From an uncultured Gemmatimonadales bacterium (GTDB taxonomy: Bacteria; Gemmatimonadota; Gemmatimonadetes; Longimicrobiales; RSA9), in the NCBI GenBank assembly GCA_963708135.1, contig OY970192.1:4000001-4064000 (forward strand): a DNA stretch of 64,000 nt. Reading direction: 5' to 3'. Both the position numbers and the translations under genes were made by a program. Below are positions 8,538-18,346 of this stretch, one piece after another (position 1 is the first letter of the stretch; each line of letters opens with the position of its first letter). The notes below the pieces were generated by a model, which saw only the letters and a program-made list of their open reading frames with translations, did no database searches and was not told where the DNA came from.

Positions 8538-11312
8538 TCAGTCCGCCGTCAGCGTAACAGCCACCGGCTGCGTGATCAGCGCGTGACCGTTACTGTCCAC
8601 GCCCACTGCGTACACCGTGATCGCCTGCGGCGCCAGCGAGGCCGGCGGAGCCCAGTTCGCGAACGTGTACGTCCACGTCCGGAAACCAGCGTCGACCACG
8701 CCAACCGTCCCCGGGCCGATCAGGATCAGCCGCGTCGGGTCTGCCGCGGTGGCATAGTAGAAGTTCACCGCCGCGAACGGATTGGCGAAGGTGGCCGTCG
8801 TGCCCGCCGCGCTCGCCTGCAGCGTGGTGGACGTCTTGCTGGCGGCATCGCAGCCGTTCGCGTCGGAGTCGTTGCAGACCGTCGTGTTCGAGGCGGTTGC
8901 CGCGAACGTGTTGAAATCGCTCGCCGGAGCGAACTGCGACACGGCCCCGACGTTGGTGCTGATGTCCTGCAACACCGTCGTCGAGTTGCCGGCGACATCC
9001 GTCGTCGTCGTGATCGCGTTCGTCGCCAGGAACTTGATGACGGTGTCCGGCTGGTTCGAGCCGTTCACCTGCGACAGGCTGACCAGGAAGTTGTTCACCG
9101 GAACCGAGGCGTTCACGCTCGTCGTGAACACATCGTAGCCAAACGACCCGAGAGTCGTCAACGGGAAGCCAAGCACGAACCCGGCCGTGGCCGTGTCACC
9201 GTACTCGATCGCCGGCGTCGACTTGGCGAGATCGATGTTGTCGTTCACCGACTGCGTGAACGTCACCGTGCTGCCGCCGGAGATGGTCGACGGAGAAACG
9301 ATGCCACCGGCCGTCGGCGCTTCATTGTCGATCAGAACGGTCCGCTGGGCCACCGTGTCACTCTGGTTGCCCGCGGCGTCCTCGACGAACGCGCTGAACG
9401 TGAAGTACCCCTCGTTCCCCGTCGCGTTGTCCACCAGCTGCGAGAAGGTCGGCGGACTCGACGCCACGCCCTTGAAGGCGCAGTCCGTACCGCCCACCAC
9501 ACACGTGGTGGAGCTGGGCAGGTACTGATACATGTGCTCGTGAACCGGTGTCCCGTCGAACCCGCTGGGCCCGGCCGGCGGCACCGCGGTGTCACTGAAC
9601 TGCACGATGTAGGACGTGCCCGGAGACGTGGTCATGTACGTCGTCTTGTCCTTCACGCTGCCGCTCGTGTACGAGATCGTCGGCAGCGTCTTGTTGACGC
9701 CGAACGTCGCGATGACCGTGGCGCACGACGGAACGGTCGTGGCCGAGCTCGATACGCAGGTCGCCACGTCGGTGCCGAACACCGTGCGGGCGTTGCCGAG
9801 CGCGTCGGTCGTCGTGACCTGGAGCAGGTAGTCGTGATTCGTGGCCGTCTCCGCCAGGTCGGCGCCCGTCGTGACCGCCGTCAGGCTGGACGCATCCGCG
9901 CCCGCCGCGAACGTCTCCGTCTGGCTGTCGACGCCGTAATCCACCGTCGTCACGTTGTCGGCGAAGCTGTAGTCGGCATTGACGTAGCCGTTCGTGTTAC
10001 TGACCGTGAGGCTCACCACGCGCGGCGCCAGATTGTCCACACGCACCTGGCCGGCCGCGAGGCCGTTGCCGCACCCGGCGTTCTGCGGATTCGTCGTCGG
10101 GTCGGGGTTGATGCAGACCGGCCCGGCCTGGCCGCCGGCCGTCACGCTGTTGACCACCACGCTGGCGAGGACGTCCTCCATCCCCTTGACGCCAGGCGCG
10201 CCCGCCTTGTCGATCGCGTTCGCGGCCGGGAATGTCACCGACAGGCCGTCGGACGCATCCGCATCCGTCCGCGTCGCGCTCTTCGCCGCGCAGCTCGGGG
10301 TGGTCGCGCCACCGGCGCCGCCGTCTGCCGCGGCCACCGTGGGATCGGCCGCCACATTACTGGTCGGCTGGCAACCCGTGGCACCCGTTACGCCCGTGGC
10401 CGCCGTCGTGAGCGACACCGAGATGCTGGCCGGGGCGTTGGCGCTGCCGCTGTAGATCACCGGCATGGCCGCGAAGGTCAGGTCGCCCGCGCCCCACAGC
10501 GAGCCGGCCGGCGCAAGCGCGCCCGTGCCGCTCGTCGCCGTTCCGTTCGAGAACGTCGGCTTGACCTTGATGAAGTCCGTGTTGTTGAAGATCAGCGTCT
10601 GGCTGACCGACGCCTGCGTGTTGCCGTTCGGCCCGATCAGCTGCGCCGACAGCGTGTGCGGCCCGTTCAGATACGTCACCGTCCCCGTCGTCGTGTCGTA
10701 CGCCTGCGTCGGGATCGGGCAGGTGATCGTCAGCACGTCCTGCGAGGCCTCCGCCGACGTGCTCGACGAGAACGCCTGCGAGCACACCTGCGTGCCGTCC
10801 AGCAGCACCTGAGCGCTGCTCACCGTCACGCCCTGCGGAATGCTGACGTTGAGGGCCACGTTGATCTGATCCTTGGTGTTCGTCACGTCCACCGGCTGAC
10901 CGGCCAGGTTCGTGATCGAGCTGATCGTGATCGTCGGCGTGCCCTCGCCGCCCGTGCCCGTCACCGTCACGCTGCCCGCCGCCTTCGCGTTCGGGTCGGC
11001 CGTCGACGTCGCGATGATCGACGCCTGCCCGGATGCGACCGCGGTCACGTTGCCGTTCGCGTCCACCGTGGCGACGCTCGAATTCGACGACGACCACGTC
11101 ACCGTCCGCGCCGTGGTCTGGTCGCCGCCCGTCACCGTCGCGACGAACGAGCCGGTGCCACCGACCGGCAGCGTCAGCGCGGCAGGCGTCACCGTCACCT
11201 GGATCGACTCCGGCGGTATCACCAGATTCGACTTGCTCTCGCACGCGGCGAGCGCAATGGCCGACAGTGCGGCGATCGCCAGCCCCTTCATTACGTACGT
11301 TCGAGAACTCAT
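8538..11312 (-). CDS. Large surface lipoprotein with an N-terminal Ig-like (Big_2) domain, T/A/S/V-rich
   Basis: SD GGAGGGAA then ATG 11312; lipobox LAAC; Big_2 signature VTWSSSNSSVATVDANGNVTAV; strong codon bias. Confidence 0.85.
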   Translation of the reverse strand: MSSRTYVMKGLAIAALSAIALAACESKSNLVIPPESIQVTVTPAALTLPVGGTGSFVATVTGGDQTTARTVTWSSSNSSVATVDANGNVTAVASGQASIIATSTADPNAKAAGSVTVTGTGGEGTPTITISSITNLAGQPVDVTNTKDQINVALNVSIPQGVTVSSAQVLLDGTQVCSQAFSSSTSAEASQDVLTITCPIPTQAYDTTTGTVTYLNGPHTLSAQLIGPNGNTQASVSQTLIFNNTDFIKVKPTFSNGTATSGTGALAPAGSLWGAGDLTFAAMPVIYSGSANAPASISVSLTTAATGVTGATGCQPTSNVAADPTVAAADGGAGGATTPSCAAKSATRTDADASDGLSVTFPAANAIDKAGAPGVKGMEDVLASVVVNSVTAGGQAGPVCINPDPTTNPQNAGCGNGLAAGQVRVDNLAPRVVSLTVSNTNGYVNADYSFADNVTTVDYGVDSQTETFAAGADASSLTAVTTGADLAETATNHDYLLQVTTTDALGNARTVFGTDVATCVSSSATTVPSCATVIATFGVNKTLPTISYTSGSVKDKTTYMTTSPGTSYIVQFSDTAVPPAGPSGFDGTPVHEHMYQYLPSSTTCVVGGTDCAFKGVASSPPTFSQLVDNATGNEGYFTFSAFVEDAAGNQSDTVAQRTVLIDNEAPTAGGIVSPSTISGGSTVTFTQSVNDNIDLAKSTPAIEYGDTATAGFVLGFPLTTLGSFGYDVFTTSVNASVPVNNFLVSLSQVNGSNQPDTVIKFLATNAITTTTDVAGNSTTVLQDISTNVGAVSQFAPASDFNTFAATASNTTVCNDSDANGCDAASKTSTTLQASAAGTTATFANPFAAVNFYYATAADPTRLILIGPGTVGVVDAGFRTWTYTFANWAPPASLAPQAITVYAVGVDSNGHALITQPVAVTLTAD

Positions 11313-11868
11313 TTCCCTCCTCCGTATCGGAGCGAGTGTCATTTGACTTCGTCCTGCGTTAGTACTGCCGTGCTGCAATCCTGCGGTCCTGCAGTGCTGC
11401 GTAATGCGCCTTCGTCTCAGACGCACCGGACTGAGAGCATCGCACCTCCTTGCATGCCGGTCCATCGACGGAACAAGGGGGCAACGGTCCCCCGCTCGGG
11501 CGGACCGCAAACCCCGGATCGCATCTACATTTCCGTTGCTCCCGCCATAACCTGTTCCCCGTGGAAGTCCTTCCCGGGAACCGGGCGGCCGACAACGTAC
11601 CGCCGCGTCGCGGGTCCCGTCAAGGATACATGCGCTTGGGAACGACTTCGCCGGGGGAACGGCGGTTCGTGCCGGGGGAAAGCCGGCACTGCGGGAGCTA
11701 AAGTAACACTTGAGGTGCGCACGTCAAGCCTCTTGTTTTCGGAACGGTCTCGCACCATGCCCATGGCTCCCCTATTTTCGCCGCCGAGCACCCGGCTCCG
11801 GCCGCACCACCGCCGCTGCGGCCGCGGCCGCCAGTAGCGTCCCTGCACCCCCGGACCTGGAGGCGAAG

Positions 11869-13929
11869 TTGCCTTTTCCCCGCTCGATTCCGAACGCGCT
11901 CCTCCTCGGCCTGCTTCCCCTCGCCTGCGCCCACTCCGGACGCGTCCCGGCCAAGCCCCCACCTGCAGTGTCGCCCGCCGTTTCTCCATCCTCACCCTCA
12001 CCCTCAACTGCCTTCGAAGTCTTCACGACACCGAAGCCCTTCGAGCGCCCACGCCCCTATCCGGTGTTCGAGACGCCCGGTTTCCGGCGCGCCGTCGAGC
12101 ACGGCACGCGCACGCGGACAGGGCGGCCCGGGCCTCGCTACTGGACGCAGCGGGCGGAATATCGGCTGGAGGCGACATTCGACCCTTCGCACGCGCGCGT
12201 GACGGGCGCGGGCACCGTGCGCTACCACAACCGCTCGCCCGACACGCTCCGTGTGGTGGCCGTCGAGCTCTATCAGAACGCGAACGCGCCGGGAGCCATG
12301 CGGGTCCGCTTTCAGCCGGTCACCGGCGGCATCCACCTGACGCGCGTATCCGCCGGCGGTCGGGTCCTGCGGGAAGCGCCGCGTGGCGCCGGACCGGGCT
12401 ACCAGGTGGTGGGCACGATCGCGTGGGTCACGCTGCCGCAGCCCGTCGTCCCCGGCGGCACGGCCGAGCTGGCGTTCGACTGGAGCTTCGTCATCCCGCC
12501 GAAGGAGAATTCGCGGATGGGGCAGGATGGCGTGGTCTACTTCGTGGGCTACTGGTATCCGCAGATCGCGGTCTACGACGACGTGAACGGCTGGCAGGCC
12601 GACCAGTTCATGACCAACGCCGAGTTCTACATGGACTACGCGGACTACGACGTCACCCTGCACGTCCCGCAGGGCTGGCTCGTCTCCGCCACCGGCGTGC
12701 TGCAGGATCCGGCGGCGGTGCTCGCGCCGCGCACCCGTGCCCGCCTGGCGGCGGCCCGCGTGGGCGCCGTGACCGCGGTGGTGGCCGCGGACGATCGCGC
12801 GCCGGGGCGCTCGACGGCCACGTCGCCCGACGGGATCCTGAGCTGGCACTTCGCGGCGACGAACGTGCGCGACTTCGCCTGGGCCAGCTCGGACCGCTAC
12901 CTCTGGGACGCCACCCGTGTGGTGGTCGGCGATGCGGACGGCGACGCGCGTCCCGATACCACGGTGATCAACGCCTTCTACCGCCCCAAGGGTCCACCGT
13001 ACACGGACTGGGCGCGCTACGCGGCCGCGTCCATCGACTTCCTGTCGCGCTATCTCTGGCCCTACCCGTGGCCCCACATGGATGTGGTGGACGGCACCGT
13101 GGGCGGGATGGAGTACCCGATGCTCGTCAACATCACGGGTGCCCGCGACAGCGTCTCGCTCTACGGCGTGACGCTCCACGAGATCGGCCACATGTGGTTC
13201 CCGATGATGGTCGGCAGCGACGAGAAGCGGCACTCCTGGCAGGACGAGGGCGTGAACACGTACGTGGACCAGCAGGGCGAGAAGGAGTTCTTCCACGGCC
13301 ACGTCGATGCGGAAGGGCAGGCGCGCCGGGCCTACACCGACTTCGCCCGCCGCGGCAGCGGCGGCGAGTGGATCGGCGGCGAGGTCGAGCTCATGCGCCA
13401 CGGCGACCTCTACCCGCCGCTCTCCCGTGCCTTCTCCATGGCGAGCTACACCAAGATGTCCGTGATCCTCCAGATGCTGCGCGGCCTCCTGGGCGATGAC
13501 CTCGTGCACCGGGCGTTGCGCGAATACGGCCAGCGCTGGCTGTACAGGCACCCGGACGCCTACGACTTCTTCAACACTTTCAATGACGTCTCGGGGCGGG
13601 ACCTCGGCTGGTTCTGGCGCACCTGGTTCTTCGAGACCTGGTCGCTCGACCAGGCGGTGGCCGGTGTCTCGGCCGTGGGCGACTCCGCCACCATCGCGAT
13701 CGAGGACCGCGGCCTCGCCCCCATGCCCGTCGAGCTCGCCGTGACCCGCGCGGACGGCTCGGTCCAGCGGCTCGAGCTGCCGGTCAACGTCTGGCTCGCC
13801 GGCACTCGCCACGCCTCGGTCCGCCTCCTGGCCCGCCCGGAGATCGTGCGGGTGGAGATCGACCCCGATTCGCTCTTCGCCGACATCGACCGCACGAACC
13901 AGGTCTGGACCGCACCGGGCGGCGCTTGA
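11869..13929 (+). CDS. M1 family metallopeptidase (probable lipoprotein)
   Basis: GGMEYP and HEIGH-x18-E (DEG) motifs; TTG at 11869 after GGAGG; LLPLAC lipobox-like; start inferred. Confidence 0.88.
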   Translation: MPFPRSIPNALLLGLLPLACAHSGRVPAKPPPAVSPAVSPSSPSPSTAFEVFTTPKPFERPRPYPVFETPGFRRAVEHGTRTRTGRPGPRYWTQRAEYRLEATFDPSHARVTGAGTVRYHNRSPDTLRVVAVELYQNANAPGAMRVRFQPVTGGIHLTRVSAGGRVLREAPRGAGPGYQVVGTIAWVTLPQPVVPGGTAELAFDWSFVIPPKENSRMGQDGVVYFVGYWYPQIAVYDDVNGWQADQFMTNAEFYMDYADYDVTLHVPQGWLVSATGVLQDPAAVLAPRTRARLAAARVGAVTAVVAADDRAPGRSTATSPDGILSWHFAATNVRDFAWASSDRYLWDATRVVVGDADGDARPDTTVINAFYRPKGPPYTDWARYAAASIDFLSRYLWPYPWPHMDVVDGTVGGMEYPMLVNITGARDSVSLYGVTLHEIGHMWFPMMVGSDEKRHSWQDEGVNTYVDQQGEKEFFHGHVDAEGQARRAYTDFARRGSGGEWIGGEVELMRHGDLYPPLSRAFSMASYTKMSVILQMLRGLLGDDLVHRALREYGQRWLYRHPDAYDFFNTFNDVSGRDLGWFWRTWFFETWSLDQAVAGVSAVGDSATIAIEDRGLAPMPVELAVTRADGSVQRLELPVNVWLAGTRHASVRLLARPEIVRVEIDPDSLFADIDRTNQVWTAPGGA

Positions 13930-13968
13930 CGTCGGCCCGCCCGGGACTGGCCAGGAGGATCGCCGGCG

Positions 13969-14643
13969 TCAGTGCAGCACATCGACGACCAGGCGGGCCG
14001 GGGACCGCAGCGTGAGAACGCGGTAGCGGCTCGGTCGCGCCAAGCCGAGCACCCAGCTCACGTCGGCCTCGAAGTCGCAAGTCAGCACGAGAGCCTCGAG
14101 GTTGGGCAGCCCCGGGCTCTGCCGTCGGGCCTGGATCGTCGGACGGCCTGCATCGTCGTGCGCCTGCGCCGGGGCGAGCCGCACCTCGAGCCACGCATCG
14201 CCCGCAAGCGGAACCGGCTCGCCCGAGCCGCACGCGCGCACCGGACGGTCAACGTACTCAATGTGGTAGCCCGGCACGCGCTCGGCGAAGCGGAAGACCA
14301 CCCGGTCGTAGCCTTCGTGGCGCCCCGTCTCGACCGCCTCGAGCAGCACCGGCATCCCGCTGCCACTTCGCTCCGACACGCCCGCCGTCCCCGAGAACGG
14401 CGGCGCGGCGGATTGACCTGCTCGGTTCGTGTCCGTCGCGGCACCGGCTGCCGCTGTATCCGTGCGCGCGGTATCCGTGCGCCTGGGAGCCGGCGCGACG
14501 GTATCGGCGGGATCGACGGGCGCGCCACGGTCGGCACGTCCCCCGCACGCCGCTGCCACGATCACGCTGACGGCAGCCAGGGCAACCTGCCGGGCGCCGG
14601 CCTGGAGGGACGACGGGTGGAGCGGGGCAGCACGGTGGGGCAC
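13969..14643 (-). CDS. Lipoprotein with an AMIN-like domain
   Basis: AAAC lipobox-like, low-complexity linker, GRHEGYDRVVFRF...DFEADVSWVLGL...PARLVVDV; start uncertain. Confidence 0.65.
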   Translation of the reverse strand: MPHRAAPLHPSSLQAGARQVALAAVSVIVAAACGGRADRGAPVDPADTVAPAPRRTDTARTDTAAAGAATDTNRAGQSAAPPFSGTAGVSERSGSGMPVLLEAVETGRHEGYDRVVFRFAERVPGYHIEYVDRPVRACGSGEPVPLAGDAWLEVRLAPAQAHDDAGRPTIQARRQSPGLPNLEALVLTCDFEADVSWVLGLARPSRYRVLTLRSPARLVVDVLH

Positions 14644-14707
14644 GGGAGCTCCGGAGCTCGGGAGAAACGGGGCGGAATCGCGCGGGTAGGCGCGGCGGAT
14701 GCGTCGC

Positions 14708-15316
14708 CTACTCGAGCAGCCGCATCTGCGCCCGCGTGACCGCGGGCACGACGTGGCAGGCGCGGCAGCGCGCCTCGTAACTCTCGAGGCCGCCCACCTG
14801 GATTGTGGGGCCCTCGGCCGGTGCCGGCTTGCCATCCACCAGCCGCTGGTTGCGGGTGGCCGGGCTGCCGCACACCACGCAGATCGCCGTCAGCTTGTCC
14901 ACCTGCTCCGCGATCGCCAGCAGCTCCGCCATTGGCCCGAAGGGATCGCCCCGGAAGTCCATGTCCGTGCCCGCGACCACCACCCGCACGCCGCGATTGG
15001 CGAGCGTGTTGACCACGCGCACGATTCCAGCATCGAGGAACTGCGCCTCATCGATCGCGATCACCTCCGCCCGCGGGTCCAGGTGCTCCGTCACCTCCAT
15101 CGAGGATTGCACCGGGATCGCCTCGATCCTGCCGCCGTCGTGCGAGCTCACCACCTGGAGTCCGCCGTACCGGTCGTCCAGCTGCGACTTGAAGACCTGC
15201 ACCTTCTTGCGCGCGATCGTCGCGCGTCGGACCCGCCGGATCAGCTCCTCGGACTTGCCGCTGAACATGACCCCGCTGATCACCTCGATCCAGCCGTGTC
15301 GGGGGGAGTAGTCCAT
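14708..15316 (-). CDS. tdk: Thymidine kinase
   Basis: [11 protein letters not shown]-loop, IDEAQF, DFRGDPF, CVVC...YEARCRAC zinc lasso. Confidence 0.96.
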   Translation of the reverse strand: MDYSPRHGWIEVISGVMFSGKSEELIRRVRRATIARKKVQVFKSQLDDRYGGLQVVSSHDGGRIEAIPVQSSMEVTEHLDPRAEVIAIDEAQFLDAGIVRVVNTLANRGVRVVVAGTDMDFRGDPFGPMAELLAIAEQVDKLTAICVVCGSPATRNQRLVDGKPAPAEGPTIQVGGLESYEARCRACHVVPAVTRAQMRLLE

Positions 15317-15424
15317 GGCGACGAGTTTACCCCCGACCCGTTCGCCTTGTCCAGATCGCCCGATCCCCCGCCCGCCACAGGCCAGCGCTCCCCCGCCGAT
15401 TCAGGCGCAAATGCACGGCTCCAC

Positions 15425-15453
15425 TTGACATACGCTGCCGGTAAAGGCAAACT
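15425..15453 (+). promoter_or_regulatory. Putative sigma70 promoter for the 15585 gene
   Basis: TTGACA, 17-bp spacer, CAAACT in the divergent intergenic region. Confidence 0.5.
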
Positions 15454-15584
15454 ACTTCTTACCCCTCTGGCACATCCATATCGGGAGTGGGCGCGTGCGG
15501 TCGCGCCTGGCCGCATGGACCACCACCTGCGTCGCCGCGGACGCAATCGCGGCTTCGCGCCGCCCAAGAAGGGGACCAGGAGAG

Positions 15585-16499
15585 ATGAGCCAATCACGGG
15601 AACAGCCCACCGATCCGGGCGAAACCCGCGCGGCGCGCGCGGAGGCACTTCTGCGCTCTCTCACCGGCATCCTCGATGCCCGCGTCGAGACCGACGCCGG
15701 CGGCGGGATCCGGCGCATCGCCCTCCTGGCGCAGCACGGCCTGGCCGCTCGCGACGCCGTGCGCAACGCGCAGTCCGCGCTCCTCGCCTCGCTCGGCCTC
15801 GCCATCGACTCCGATCGCGTCGCCATCGACTTCGGTGAGCCCGCCACTTCCCCGCCCTGGCGCGCCCACGCCGCGCACGTGCCCGCGCCCCGAGATCCGG
15901 CAGCCGCCGCAGGCTTCGTCACGTCAGTGCCGACCGGCCGCAACGGTAGCGCGGCGCCGCCGCAGAACGGGAAGGCTCACGCCCACGGCAACGGCGGCGC
16001 GCCGACACCAGAAACCACCCTGGGCAGCCGCGGCCGGGGCGCCTCCGTCGGCGCACCCCGCGCGCCCGGCCCAACGCATCGGACGGCGGAGCTCGCCGAG
16101 AGCGTCGATGCGGCGGAGACCGAAGTCGCGCCGGCCCATACCCGGCCCGCGCCCGGGCTCGTCCGTGTCGACATCGAGCCCGCCCCCCCGGACCGCGTGC
16201 GCGTCCGCGTCGTCCTCGCCTTCGAGGACCGCATCAACGTCGGTGAGGCCGATGGCATCGACACGCCCACGGCCCGCCTCGAGCTCGCCGCCCGCGCCCT
16301 GCTGCGCGCCGTCCCCGCGCGCCACGACCGCGACCTCGACGGCGTCCGTACCCTCGACATCGCCGGCCGCACCTACATCGTCGTCGCCGTCCGCTCGATC
16401 CGCGGCCGCACCGTTCAATACCACGCCGACGCCATTGCCGCCGACGGCCCGCTCGAGCACGCCGCGGCCCTGGCAACCCTCGGCGCCGTAATCCGATAG
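15585..16499 (+). CDS. Hypothetical protein: two folded regions joined by a Pro/Ala linker
   Basis: SD AGGAGA then ATG; N-terminal LLRSLTGILDARV...VRNAQSALLASLGLAID resembles proteins I recall upstream of HD-GYP genes. Confidence 0.65.
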   Translation: MSQSREQPTDPGETRAARAEALLRSLTGILDARVETDAGGGIRRIALLAQHGLAARDAVRNAQSALLASLGLAIDSDRVAIDFGEPATSPPWRAHAAHVPAPRDPAAAAGFVTSVPTGRNGSAAPPQNGKAHAHGNGGAPTPETTLGSRGRGASVGAPRAPGPTHRTAELAESVDAAETEVAPAHTRPAPGLVRVDIEPAPPDRVRVRVVLAFEDRINVGEADGIDTPTARLELAARALLRAVPARHDRDLDGVRTLDIAGRTYIVVAVRSIRGRTVQYHADAIAADGPLEHAAALATLGAVIR

Positions 16500-16645
16500 C
16501 ACGTCCCGATACACCAACAAGGACCTGCAACCCGAACAAGGAGCCCCCGTCCCGCACAGCGGAGCCCAGCATAGCGAAGTAGCGGAGTGACCGCGACCTA
16601 TGTCCTAGCCGAGGTCGACGTGATCTCCGAAGGGAGGTGAGCTGG

Positions 16646-16723
16646 GTGTTCCTTCAGGCGCTATTTGAGCTCATCGGCGCACTAGTTGCGCTTCTTGGCG
16701 GCGGTATCACCATCGCAAACTAG
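16646..16723 (+). CDS. Small 25-aa hydrophobic peptide MFLQALFELIGALVALLGGGITIAN (not in the ORF track)
   Basis: Strong [13 protein letters not shown] 5 nt before GTG; TAG lies 26 nt before the HD-GYP start. Confidence 0.65.
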   Translation: MFLQALFELIGALVALLGGGITIAN

Positions 16724-16749
16724 CGTCGGGCGGGGGCTCCTCCTTCTGT

Positions 16750-18072
16750 ATGAACCGAAAAGGTCAATTCTTCTTCTGGGCGGTTTTGGTGGCAGCAGCA
16801 GCTTTGCTGCTGCCCCTGCCGTGGCGTGCGTTTTGGCTCTCGACTCCGCGCGAGATCCTCGGTCTCGCCACATTTGTAGGGCTTGCTGTGCTGTCGGAAG
16901 CCATGGCCATCGGCTTCACGTTCGGTGCGTCAAAGTCCAACGCATCCATTTCGTTCGTTCCGTTGCTGGCAGCGGTCGTGGTATTCCCGCCAGTGTTTTC
17001 GGTATCGGCTGCGGCCGTTACGGTATTTGTGGCAGAGGCCTTCTTGCGGCGCCGCCCTGCGTGGCTAACAGCATTCAACACCGGCCAGTACATATTAGGG
17101 TATGGAACCGCGGCGCTCATCTACTCTTGGCTTGCGCCCGGAGGCGGCGGAGACATCAGTCTGATAGCGTTCTTACCCGCCGCGCTGGCGTTTTTCTCGG
17201 CCAACCTTTTTATTGTTTCGGGATTTGTCTCCGTTCGGCGCGGTGAGAGTCTCATTGAAACCGCCCGCCAATTCGCAGGGCCGTCCGGCGCGAATCTGTT
17301 TTATGACTTTCTTGCCACACCAACAGCGCTTTTTGCGGCCTATTTGTACACCAAGTTCTATGTGGCCGGATTATTCCTGTTCATCTTGCCATTTCTGTTA
17401 ATCCGCTATTCGTTTATCTCGAAGATTCGACTGGAACAGGCCAACCGGGACCTAATTCGGGTCCTGATTAAGGCCATCGAGACCAGGGACCCCTATACAT
17501 CTGGGCATTCGGTTCGGGTTTCGACGTTGGCGAAGATGATAGCGGAGGACCTTCATCTCTCGAAACGAAGGATTTACGATATCGAGACAGCGGCGCTACT
17601 ACACGACATCGGTAAAATTGAGGCGCTCTACGCGGACGTGATAAGTAAGCCGTATTCGCTATCTGATACTGAACGGGCATTAATCCGGACCCATGCGACC
17701 AAGGGCGCTGACCTGCTGCACGGCCTCAGCGCCTTTGGCCCTGAGATCATCAAGGCGGTCCGTCATCATCACGAGCGATTTGACGGACAGGGTTACCCCG
17801 ACGGCATCTCGGGCGCCGCGATACCGCTTGCCGCAAGAATTATCATGTTATGCGATTCCATAGACGCAATGCTGTCGGATCGCCCCTACCGATCCGCTCT
17901 AACCGTTAACGCTACTTACAACGAGATAGTGCGATGTTCTGGCACTCAGTTTGACCCCGACATAGTCGAGGTGATCTTACGCAGAGATACGCTCAGGCGT
18001 GCGGCAGGCTTGGCTGAGGCGGAACCAACTAGACAGGCGTCCCTTACGGCAGCCGCCGCTGAGCCAGTCTAG
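16750..18072 (+). CDS. Membrane-bound HD-GYP domain protein (putative c-di-GMP phosphodiesterase)
   Basis: About 6-7 N-terminal TM segments, then RDPYTSGHS, LLHDIGK, HHHERFDGQGYPDG. Confidence 0.9.
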   Translation: MNRKGQFFFWAVLVAAAALLLPLPWRAFWLSTPREILGLATFVGLAVLSEAMAIGFTFGASKSNASISFVPLLAAVVVFPPVFSVSAAAVTVFVAEAFLRRRPAWLTAFNTGQYILGYGTAALIYSWLAPGGGGDISLIAFLPAALAFFSANLFIVSGFVSVRRGESLIETARQFAGPSGANLFYDFLATPTALFAAYLYTKFYVAGLFLFILPFLLIRYSFISKIRLEQANRDLIRVLIKAIETRDPYTSGHSVRVSTLAKMIAEDLHLSKRRIYDIETAALLHDIGKIEALYADVISKPYSLSDTERALIRTHATKGADLLHGLSAFGPEIIKAVRHHHERFDGQGYPDGISGAAIPLAARIIMLCDSIDAMLSDRPYRSALTVNATYNEIVRCSGTQFDPDIVEVILRRDTLRRAAGLAEAEPTRQASLTAAAAEPV

Positions 18073-18346
18073 AGGCGGCGACAGCGAGCTCTACATCTGG
18101 GAGGATAGCGGAAATTGCGGAATGGACATCAGCGACTTTGAAGCATACGCCGCCCTTAAGGGCGACGAAACCCTCCGCGTGCGGCCTGATCGCACCGCCT
18201 TGCTTGTTGTCGACATGCAGCGGTATTTCGTGGAACCTGAGTTCCCGTTCGGCCAAGTCTTAGCCAAGTTTCAGCCTGACGCAGCGGCTGCGTATTTCGA
18301 CCGTGTCAAAACTACCGTAGTTCCAAATGTCCAGGAATTGCTCAAG

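Noticed and set aside
8415..11837. 1140-aa plus-strand ORF
   Set aside because: Antisense shadow of the codon-biased lipoprotein gene; Arg-rich with no recognisable motifs
15440..15500. AAAGGCAAAC resembling the start of a c-di-GMP-I riboswitch
   Set aside because: No GNRA-capped P2 stem or downstream CGCAAAG element; better explained as the promoter spacer and -10
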